A DNA stretch of 42,989 nucleotides from an uncultured Gemmatimonadota bacterium. Its GTDB lineage: Bacteria; Blakebacterota; Blakebacteria; Blakebacterales; Blakebacteraceae. Where the stretch lies: contig CAZNUA010000032.1 of the NCBI GenBank assembly GCA_964576115.1, positions 1 to 42,989 of the forward strand. The letters are read 5' to 3'. How positions within the stretch are numbered: the first letter of the stretch is position 1; each line of letters starts with the position of its first letter. Positions 35,299-42,989 of the stretch are shown in pieces. The notes under the pieces were generated by a model. That model ran no database searches and was not told the DNA's origin. It worked only from the letters and a program-made list of their open reading frames with translations. The position numbers and the translations under genes were made by a program.

Positions 35299-36324
35299 AT
35301 GACAGGCGAACAGACTGATCTCTACCACCGCGGCGGCGGCGGCGAACACCCCGACAAAGGGCAGTATATCGAAGAGTTCGTTTCGGGCCGGACCGTGACC
35401 GGGCTCTTCGCCGTGGCCATGGTAGGCCGGCGGCTGAAAAAGGACGGTTCTCCCTTCCTGAGACTCGAACTGCAGGATCGCACCGGGCGGATCGCAGCTG
35501 TGGCCTGGGAGCACGGCCACCTGGCATCCCGTCTGGAAAACGGGACGATCCTGCGGGTCACCGGACTGGTCGGTACATATCAGGACAAGCCCCAGCTCAC
35601 CGTCAGCGACATCCAGGTCGTCACCCACCGCGTTCCGGCCGAGTACTTCATGACCGAGAGCCGGGAGGGACGCGAGGAACTGGGGGCGCGTCTGGCGAAG
35701 GTGCTCGAGGGGATCGAGGACGAACACCTGATCCGGCTGCTCGATGAGATCTTCGACGGCGAGGGTCTGCGCGAGGCCTGGCTCGAAGCACCGGCGGCCA
35801 AGAAAAAGCACCAGGCCTATCTCGGCGGTCTGGCCGAGCACAGCCTGAACATGGCCGAACATGCCCGCTGGTGCGCCGGTTTCTACCCCGAAATCAACGG
35901 CGATCTGCTCGTCACCGCGGCTCTGCTGCATGACATCGGAAAGATTTTCGAGTATCGGGTGACGACGGTTATTGATTATTCAGATACGGGCCGTCTCGAA
36001 GGTCATGTGGTGATCGGGGACCGCATGGTGCGCCGGGTCGCCGACCGGATTCCCGATTTCCCCGCGGCGCTGAAGATGCATCTCAGCCACCTGATCCTGA
36101 GTCATCAGGGGCGGTTGGAATACGGCTCGCCGGTCCTGCCGAAGACCCTCGAGGCGCTGGTGCTCTATGCCCTCGATCTGCTCGATTCCCGGGTCGCGGC
36201 CTACCGCGACATCCGGGAGAGCCACCGGGGCGAGAAACGGACCTGGAGCGATTACGACCGGCTCGAAGAACGCTTCTGGTTTCTCGGTCTCGATGGCGAC
36301 GAAGACGCGGACGGGGGCGACTGA
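35299..36324 (+). CDS. yhaM: OB-fold plus HD-domain 3'-5' exoribonuclease (YhaM/Cbf1 family)
   Basis: N-terminal OB fold (LQDRTGRI), APAA...HQAYLGGLAEHS, LLHDIGK, ILSHQG..EYGSP. Confidence 0.9.
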   Translation: MTGEQTDLYHRGGGGEHPDKGQYIEEFVSGRTVTGLFAVAMVGRRLKKDGSPFLRLELQDRTGRIAAVAWEHGHLASRLENGTILRVTGLVGTYQDKPQLTVSDIQVVTHRVPAEYFMTESREGREELGARLAKVLEGIEDEHLIRLLDEIFDGEGLREAWLEAPAAKKKHQAYLGGLAEHSLNMAEHARWCAGFYPEINGDLLVTAALLHDIGKIFEYRVTTVIDYSDTGRLEGHVVIGDRMVRRVADRIPDFPAALKMHLSHLILSHQGRLEYGSPVLPKTLEALVLYALDLLDSRVAAYRDIRESHRGEKRTWSDYDRLEERFWFLGLDGDEDADGGD

Positions 36325-36384
36325 CACCGGCTCCGGTCCCGGATCGCAGCAGTCCTCAGGCTCCAGAAGAGAGAAGGTTGAGCA

Positions 36385-38760
36385 GTGGCAGAACCGGCAC
36401 GGCAGCAGTCTCTTGTGGTGGTCGAATCGCCGGCCAAAGCGCGAACCATCGAAAGGTATCTGGGACCGGGCTTCACCGTCCTGGCCAGTATGGGCCACGT
36501 GCGCGATCTGCCGAAGAAGGAGCTGGGCGTCGATCTCGAGGGGGGCACCTTCGAACCGAAGTACGTCTCGTTGCGCTCCAAAGCCAAGGTCGTCAAAGCT
36601 CTGCGGACGGCCGCCGAGGCCTCCGATACGATCTTCCTGGCCACCGACCCCGACCGCGAGGGTGAAGCCATTGCCTGGCATGTGGCCGAGTTGCTGGGAG
36701 GGAAGGGAACCCCGGCCGGGGAACGCTTCCGCCGCCTGAGTTTCAACGAAATCACCCGTACGGCCGTCACGGAAGCCCTGGAAGCCACCACGGATGTGGA
36801 CCGGCGGAAGGTCGAGGCCCAGAAGGCGCGGCGGGTTCTCGACCGCCTGGTGGGCTACCAGATCAGCCCCATCCTCTGGAAGGGGCTCTACCGCGGTCTT
36901 TCGGCGGGTCGGGTGCAGAGCGTGGCCCTGCGCCTGATCTGCGAGCGCGAGGCCGAGATAGAGGCCTTCGAGTCCGAGGAGTACTGGACCCTCGAAGCGC
37001 TCTTCGCTACCACCCCTGCGGATGGAAGCGCAGAGGTCGTGTACTCCGCCACGCTGGAAAAAATCGACGGCACAAAGGCGAAGATCGGCTCCGAGTCTGA
37101 AGCCGACACCCTGCTCGAACGGGCCCGTGGGGAGAGCTACGCCATAGCGGCCATCGAGAAGAAAGCCCGCCGGCGCAACCCGCCGCCGCCCTTCATTACC
37201 AGCACCCTGCAGCAGGAGGCCGCCCGCAAGCTGGGGTATTCGGCCAAACGCACCATGAGCCTGGCCCAGCAGCTCTACGAGGGAATCGACATTCCCGGTG
37301 AGGGACCGACCGGATTGATCACCTATATGCGGACCGACTCGGTCCGGATCGCCGATTCGGCCCTGGAGTCCGCTCGAGCGTACATCGAGGACGAGTACGG
37401 GAAAGCTTACCTGCCCGCCAAGCCGCGGCGGTTCCGCAGCGCGAAGGGAGCCCAGGACGCTCATGAGGCGATCCGTCCGACCGGTCTCAACCGCCCGCCG
37501 GCTCGCACCCGTGCCTACCTGAACCGCGATCAACTGCGGCTCTACGAACTGATCTGGAAGCGTTTTCTGGCCAGCCAGATGAATCCGGCCGAGATCGAAC
37601 AGACGGCGGTACTCACCACGGGCGGAGCGTTCGAATTCAAGAGCACCGGTTCGGTGGTGGTCTTTCCCGGGTACCTGGCGGTCTACCGCGAGGGCACCGA
37701 TGAAGGCGAAGATGGTGAAGGGGAACGCAACGGTTCTGTCGAGAGAGGCAAGGGTTCGGGGGGCGACAGGGAACTCCCGCCCGGTCTCGAGCAGGGGGCG
37801 GGGGCCGAGTTGCGCGAGCTGGAGGGCGAACAGCATTTCACCCGGCCGCCGGCCCGTTTCACCGAGGCCAGCCTGGTCAAGGAACTCGAAGCCGACGGGA
37901 TCGGCCGTCCCTCGACCTATGCCCAGATCATCAGTGTCCTGCTCGATCGGCGCTACGTGGAACGCGAGCGAGCCTCGCTGCTGCCGACCGATCTGGGCCG
38001 GATCGTCAACGACCTGCTCAGCGAACTGTTCCCCGACATCATCCAGGTGGAATTCACCGCCGGAATGGAAGCGGAACTCGACCGGATAGAGTCGGGCGAG
38101 GACGATTTCCTGGCTGTCATGCGGGATTTCTACGAGCCCTTTGCGGAGGATCTCACAAAGGCCCCCGAACGGGTCGGCGAGATCATGGAGCAGATCCGGG
38201 CCGCGCTGATGAAACGCTGCGAGATCGAAGAGATCCCCGACTGCCCGGCCGAGGGTTGCGACGGGATGATGTACCTGCGCTTCGGCCGCAACGGCTGGTT
38301 CTGGACCTGCCGGAACTGGCCGAAGTGCAAGGGCACGGCCCCCTTCGAGTGTGCCGACGGATCCGGGGGCGAAGGCGAGGGGCACGGGGAGGAACCGGAG
38401 GTCGACGTGGTCTGCCCCGAATGCGGAGCCGCCATGGTCGTCAAACGGGGTCGCTTCGGCCGTTTTCTGGCCTGCAGCCGATACCCCGACTGCAAGGGCT
38501 CATTGCCGCTGCTGATCGGCGTCGACTGTCCGGAGTGCGGCCAACCGCTGGCCGAGAAGAGAACCCGCAAGGGGAAGACCTTCTGGGGCTGCAGCGGCTA
38601 TCCGGAATGCGATTTCGCCACCTGGAACAAGCCGGTTGCCCGGGCCTGTCCGACCTGCGGTCATCCCTTCCTTGAGGAAAAGACCACCAAGAAGGAGGGG
38701 CACCACCTCGCCTGCCCGAAGTGCAGGAGTATCTATGACCCCGACCGCCTCGAGGAATAA
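36385..38760 (+). CDS. topA: DNA topoisomerase I
   Basis: VESPAKA, ATDPDREGE, SAGRVQS, LITYMRTD (catalytic Tyr), GIGRPSTY; C-terminal zinc ribbons. Confidence 0.98.
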   Translation: MAEPARQQSLVVVESPAKARTIERYLGPGFTVLASMGHVRDLPKKELGVDLEGGTFEPKYVSLRSKAKVVKALRTAAEASDTIFLATDPDREGEAIAWHVAELLGGKGTPAGERFRRLSFNEITRTAVTEALEATTDVDRRKVEAQKARRVLDRLVGYQISPILWKGLYRGLSAGRVQSVALRLICEREAEIEAFESEEYWTLEALFATTPADGSAEVVYSATLEKIDGTKAKIGSESEADTLLERARGESYAIAAIEKKARRRNPPPPFITSTLQQEAARKLGYSAKRTMSLAQQLYEGIDIPGEGPTGLITYMRTDSVRIADSALESARAYIEDEYGKAYLPAKPRRFRSAKGAQDAHEAIRPTGLNRPPARTRAYLNRDQLRLYELIWKRFLASQMNPAEIEQTAVLTTGGAFEFKSTGSVVVFPGYLAVYREGTDEGEDGEGERNGSVERGKGSGGDRELPPGLEQGAGAELRELEGEQHFTRPPARFTEASLVKELEADGIGRPSTYAQIISVLLDRRYVERERASLLPTDLGRIVNDLLSELFPDIIQVEFTAGMEAELDRIESGEDDFLAVMRDFYEPFAEDLTKAPERVGEIMEQIRAALMKRCEIEEIPDCPAEGCDGMMYLRFGRNGWFWTCRNWPKCKGTAPFECADGSGGEGEGHGEEPEVDVVCPECGAAMVVKRGRFGRFLACSRYPDCKGSLPLLIGVDCPECGQPLAEKRTRKGKTFWGCSGYPECDFATWNKPVARACPTCGHPFLEEKTTKKEGHHLACPKCRSIYDPDRLEE

Positions 38761-39751
38761 CGTTCCCCTGCGCGAGCTCTGCGGGGCTTTCGGCGAGTAT
38801 CTGAGCACCGTCCGGGATCTCTCGCCTCACACCGTCACAGCGTACGTGCGCGATGTGCGCCAGTTCGCGGCCTGGGCCAAGTCGGTCAGGGGCGCCGAGC
38901 CCCGACCGGTCGAGGTGGATCACATTCTGCTGCGATCCTTTCTGGGCACTCTGCGGCGCCGGGGATACGCGCCGCGCACCGTGGGGCGAAAACTCGCCAG
39001 TCTGCGAGCCTTCTGGCGCTGGATGCTCGGGGCGGGGGTGGTGGATGAAGATCCGGCCTCGCTCCTGCACACTCCCCGCACGCCGCGCCGCCTGCCCGTA
39101 TTCCTCTCCCGGGCCGAGATGGATGCCGCCCTGCGTACCGCCGGGCCCGCCGCCGGGACCGATTTCGCCTCTGTCCGCGCCCGGGCCCTGATCGAGTTTC
39201 TCTATTCGACCGGGATCCGGCTCTCCGAACTGACCGGGCTGGACTGCAACGCGGTCGATCCCGAGGAGAGGACGGTCCGGGTCAGCGGTAAGGGCCGCAA
39301 GGAGCGGATCGTACCGGTTGGGCAGATGGCTCTGGACGCGCTCGAGACGTGGCTCGGGTCACGAGCCGGACTGTTGAGCCGCACGGGCCGACGTGACGAA
39401 ACGGCCCTCTGGCTCAACCGCCGCGGTGAGCGCCTGAGCCCGCGGGGGGTGCAGCGTATCGTGCGCGCCGAGCTGCGCCAGGTGAGCGAGCGGGCCCGTC
39501 TGAGCCCGCACGTCATCCGGCATTCATTCGCCACACACCTGCTCGATGCCGGAGCCGATCTGCGGGCTGTGCAGGAGCTGCTCGGTCACGAGAGCCTTTC
39601 CACAACGCAGATCTACACGCACCTTACCACCGATCGCCTCAAAGAGGTATACCGTCAGGCTCACCCCCGGTCCGAGGGCGAGTACCGCTGCGACCGGCCG
39701 GGCGGAGAGCGTGCTGCGGACGAACGCAAAGAACAGCCGGCCGACGGCTGA
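38735..39751 (+). CDS. xerC: Tyrosine recombinase XerC
   Basis: [39 protein letters not shown]; conserved topA-xerC-hslVU order; AGGAG RBS before ATG 38735. Confidence 0.9.
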   Translation: MTPTASRNNVPLRELCGAFGEYLSTVRDLSPHTVTAYVRDVRQFAAWAKSVRGAEPRPVEVDHILLRSFLGTLRRRGYAPRTVGRKLASLRAFWRWMLGAGVVDEDPASLLHTPRTPRRLPVFLSRAEMDAALRTAGPAAGTDFASVRARALIEFLYSTGIRLSELTGLDCNAVDPEERTVRVSGKGRKERIVPVGQMALDALETWLGSRAGLLSRTGRRDETALWLNRRGERLSPRGVQRIVRAELRQVSERARLSPHVIRHSFATHLLDAGADLRAVQELLGHESLSTTQIYTHLTTDRLKEVYRQAHPRSEGEYRCDRPGGERAADERKEQPADG

Positions 39752-39767
39752 AAGGATACGGGTCAGA

Positions 39768-40319
39768 ATGCGAGTCAGATCGACCACAATTATCGGCGTC
39801 GTTCGCGACGGTCGGGCCGCCCTGGGCGGCGACGGACAGGTCACCTTCGGCGAGACGATCATGAAGCACGGCAGCACCAAGATACGTCGTCTGGGCGACG
39901 GCCGGGTACTGGCCGGGTTCGCCGGGGCGGCGGCCGACGCCCTGACCCTGTTCGAACGTTTCGAGGAGAAGCTCGAGAGCTATAAGGGCAACCTGCAGCG
40001 GGCGGTGGTCGAACTGGCCAAGGACTGGCGGACCGACCGCTTTCTGCGCCGGCTCGAGGCTCTGCTGGTCTGTCTGGATACCGAGCGGGCTTTCGTCATT
40101 TCGGGAACCGGCGATATCGTCGAGCCCGATGACGGTATCGTGGCCATCGGGTCGGGCGGTTCGTACGCTCTGGCGGCGGCCCGCGCCCACTTTGAATGCC
40201 GTCCCGACGCCGACCTGGCGGACCTGGTCGAGAGCTCGATGCGGATCGCGGCAGCGATCTGTCCCTATACGAACGACAGCGTGACTGTCATGACCCTGCC
40301 CGAGGGAGATGAAGCGTGA
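39768..40319 (+). CDS. hslV: ATP-dependent protease peptidase subunit HslV
   Basis: STTIIG (N-terminal Thr), [20 protein letters not shown]. Confidence 0.97.
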   Translation: MRVRSTTIIGVVRDGRAALGGDGQVTFGETIMKHGSTKIRRLGDGRVLAGFAGAAADALTLFERFEEKLESYKGNLQRAVVELAKDWRTDRFLRRLEALLVCLDTERAFVISGTGDIVEPDDGIVAIGSGGSYALAAARAHFECRPDADLADLVESSMRIAAAICPYTNDSVTVMTLPEGDEA

Positions 40320-41782
40320 ATCCAGAATCCGACATTGCGCGAGAAATGACTCCCCGGCAGATCGTCGAGGCCCTCGATCGGTTCGTCATCGGTCAGGATG
40401 ACGCCAAGCGGGCGGTGGCGATCGCCCTGCGCAACCGCTGGCGGCGCCTGCAGGTGCCCGAGGAACTACGCGAGGAGATCGTACCCAACAACATCATCCT
40501 GATCGGCCCCACCGGGGTCGGCAAGACCGAGATCAGCCGTCGTCTGGCCTCGCTGGCGAAAGCCCCCTTCATCAAAGTCGAAGCCAGCAAGTTCACCGAA
40601 GTCGGGTACGTCGGCCGGGACGTGGAATCGATGGTCCGCGACCTGACCGATCTGGCCGTCGATATGGTCAAGTCGGAGTTTCTGGCCGAGGTTCAGGAGC
40701 CGGCTGCCCGTCATGCCGAAGAACGTATCCTCGACCTGCTCCTGCCCAGACGCCCTCCGGCGAGACCCTCCCCCCCGGCCGGCTTTCAGCTCCCATCCCC
40801 CGGCGGCCCGACGAGCGGAACAGAGCCGGGAAGACCGGGACCGGAGACTGCAGCGAGCGGACCGGACGCCGCGGAGAGCGCCGAGGAGTCGTGGGAACGC
40901 ACCCGCGAGAAACTGCGCCGTCAGCTCGAGAGCGGGGCTCTCGACGCACGAGAAGTCGAGATCGAAATGCCCGCCGATCAGCATCCGATGGTCTCGATCC
41001 TGGGACCGGTGGGGCTCGAAGAGATGGGAGTCAACATCTCCGAACTCTTCTCCAATATCATGCCCCAGAAGAGCAAAGCCCGCCGGGTGACGGTGGCCGA
41101 AGCCCGCCGCCTGCTCCAGCAGCAGGAGGCGCAGAAGCTGATCGACATGGACAAGGTCGTCACCGAAGCTCTGCGCCGGGTCCAGCAGAGCGGGATCGTC
41201 TTCCTGGACGAACTCGACAAGGTGGCCGCGGCCGACCGCGGGAGCGAGTACGGCGGACCCGATGTGAGCCGTGAGGGAGTACAGCGCGACCTGCTGCCGG
41301 TGGTCGAGGGCTCGACGGTGGCAACCAAGTACGGCATGGTCAAGACCGATCACATTCTCTTTATCGCCGCCGGTGCTTTTCACATCGCCAAGCCGAGCGA
41401 TCTGATACCCGAGCTGCAGGGGCGCTTCCCGATCCGGGTAGAGATGAACAGTCTGACGACCGCCGATTTCGTGCGGATCCTCACCGAACCGGAGAACGCT
41501 CTGATCAAACAGTACACCGCCCTGCTGGCGACCGAGGGGGTAGCTCTCACCTTCGCCTCCGATGCGATCGAGGAAATCGCCCGGGCCGCCAGCCTGGCCA
41601 ACGAGCAGGCCGAGGATATCGGTGCCCGGCGCCTGCATACCATTCTGACTCTACTGCTCGAGCAGACTCTCTACGAGGTGCCCGAGAGCGGACAGAAGAA
41701 ATACACCGTCGCGGCGGACGACGTCCGAGACCGCCTCGATGACATCATCGCCGACGAGGACCTGAGCCGGTACATTCTCTGA
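40316..41782 (+). CDS. hslU: ATP-dependent protease ATPase subunit HslU
   Basis: [41 protein letters not shown]. Confidence 0.98.
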   Translation: MNPESDIAREMTPRQIVEALDRFVIGQDDAKRAVAIALRNRWRRLQVPEELREEIVPNNIILIGPTGVGKTEISRRLASLAKAPFIKVEASKFTEVGYVGRDVESMVRDLTDLAVDMVKSEFLAEVQEPAARHAEERILDLLLPRRPPARPSPPAGFQLPSPGGPTSGTEPGRPGPETAASGPDAAESAEESWERTREKLRRQLESGALDAREVEIEMPADQHPMVSILGPVGLEEMGVNISELFSNIMPQKSKARRVTVAEARRLLQQQEAQKLIDMDKVVTEALRRVQQSGIVFLDELDKVAAADRGSEYGGPDVSREGVQRDLLPVVEGSTVATKYGMVKTDHILFIAAGAFHIAKPSDLIPELQGRFPIRVEMNSLTTADFVRILTEPENALIKQYTALLATEGVALTFASDAIEEIARAASLANEQAEDIGARRLHTILTLLLEQTLYEVPESGQKKYTVAADDVRDRLDDIIADEDLSRYIL

Positions 41783-41816
41783 CGGGGCACATCCACCTCT
41801 GACGGGGCACATCCAC
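41777..41816. repeat. Perfect 20-bp tandem duplication spanning the hslU stop codon
   Basis: CTCTGACGGGGCACATCCAC at 41777-41796 and 41797-41816. Confidence 0.95.
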
Positions 41817-41899
41817 GACCGGTACCGGCGCGGTTCCGAACCCGGCCGACCGGGGCCCGGTTGCCGAAACGGGATCCGGGACTGCGAAAGGAACGTCCG

Positions 41900-42817
41900 A
41901 TGGCTGAGCACAAGGATTTTCTGCATCTGACCGATCGCACCCGCGAGGAAATTCTCGAGACCCTCGAGCTGGCCATCGCGATCAAGACCGATCTGAAGGC
42001 CGGGACGCCGAACCGGGCTCTGGCAGGCAAGACCCTGGCCATGGTTTTCCAGAAGCCCTCGGCCAGGACCCGGGTCTCGTTCGAGGTGGGTACCTTCCAG
42101 CTCGGCGGTCACGCCCTCTATCTGGGGCCGGCCGACATCGGACTGGGAAAGCGGGAGGCGGTGTCCGATATCGCCCGGGTGCTGGCCCGCTATAACGACG
42201 GGATCATGGCCCGCGTCTATGCCCACGAGCACGTCCTCGAACTGGCCGAGTACTCCTCGGTACCGGTCATCAACGGCTTGACGGATCTCAATCACCCCTG
42301 CCAGCTCATGGCCGACCTGCAGACGATCCTCGAGCACAAGGGCAGGGTGGAGGACCTGAAGGTGGCCTTCGTCGGCGACGGCAACAATCTCTGCAACTCC
42401 TGGCTCAACGCCTCTTCCCGGCTCGATTTTTCCTTCGCCTTCGCAGTACCCGAGGGCTATGAGCCCGACCGGGAGATCTGGGATCGGGCGGCGGGCGCCA
42501 ACGCAAACGTGACCCGTTTCACCGATCCGAGGGAAGCGGTGGCGGGAGCCGATGTGATCTATACCGACACCTGGACCAGCATGGGGCAGGAAGAGGAAGC
42601 CGAGGAGCGACGGCGGGCCTTCCAGGGCTACACCGTGGACAGTTCACTCGTGTCCGGAGCGGCCGGGGATGTGATCGTGCTGCACTGTCTGCCGGCCCAC
42701 CGCGGCGAGGAGATCACCGACGAGGTGATCGACGGACCGCATTCGGTCGTCTTCGACGAAGCCGAAAACCGTCTGCATGCTCAGAAGGCGATCATGGTCC
42801 AGCTCATGGGAGAGTAA
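41900..42817 (+). CDS. argF: Ornithine carbamoyltransferase
   Basis: KPSARTRVSFE, HPCQ, GDGNN, DTWTSMGQE, HCLP, DEAENRLH; AAAGGA RBS before ATG 41900. Confidence 0.93.
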   Translation: MAEHKDFLHLTDRTREEILETLELAIAIKTDLKAGTPNRALAGKTLAMVFQKPSARTRVSFEVGTFQLGGHALYLGPADIGLGKREAVSDIARVLARYNDGIMARVYAHEHVLELAEYSSVPVINGLTDLNHPCQLMADLQTILEHKGRVEDLKVAFVGDGNNLCNSWLNASSRLDFSFAFAVPEGYEPDREIWDRAAGANANVTRFTDPREAVAGADVIYTDTWTSMGQEEEAEERRRAFQGYTVDSSLVSGAAGDVIVLHCLPAHRGEEITDEVIDGPHSVVFDEAENRLHAQKAIMVQLMGE

Positions 42818-42989
42818 TTCTGAGAACGCGCCTGCTCGAGTGAGAGTGAGGACACTATCGAGCCTGGTACAAGGGTGTGTTCCTGGCAACGAGGCTGCCT
42901 GATTGGCACAGATGAGACAGATTGGCGGAAGGGGGGAGAAGGGGTTCTGTGTGGGGAGCGATTTTTTATAAGTAACAGACGTATATTAT

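Noticed and set aside
38735-39751. xerC as a mobile-element integrase
   Set aside because: The topA-xerC-hslVU context and host-like composition indicate the housekeeping recombinase; no att sites or cargo seen.
42961-42989. dif-like look of the terminal CGTATATTAT (compare TGTATA-TTAT of E. coli dif), near xerC
   Set aside because: The would-be XerC arm (TAAGTAACAGA) does not match and the XerD arm is cut off by the window end; equally consistent with an AT-rich promoter.

Overview
High-GC bacterial chromosomal segment from a diderm (TolC, Skp, lipoprotein). Gene order and protein style suggest an FCB-group/Gemmatimonadota-like lineage, but that is inference only. There is one 100-N scaffold gap inside nuoF. 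Left to right: a secreted beta-lactamase-family serine hydrolase (-); a divergent five-gene operon (Asp-box beta-propeller protein, Asp/Glu racemase, TauE/SafE transporter, small DUF1634-like membrane protein, Omp28-like lipoprotein); a complete nuoA-N complex I operon (-) followed by an MDR-family oxidoreductase; a divergent five-gene RND export operon with two paralogous TolC genes, one adaptor and two different RND permeases; then skp/ompH, a beta-CASP metallo-beta-lactamase nuclease, a YhaM-like HD nuclease, topA, xerC, hslV, hslU and argF. The most unusual signal is non-coding. A perfect 16-bp inverted repeat brackets the first tolC almost symmetrically. The same tolC1-tolC2 spacer is also complementary, in two blocks of 9 and 10 nt, to the 19 nt spanning the stop codon of the last gene of the operon about 10 kb away. 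This suggests a leader-spacer-tail long-range RNA pairing or a nested DNA-inversion switch. No rRNA, tRNA, CRISPR array or transposase was seen.
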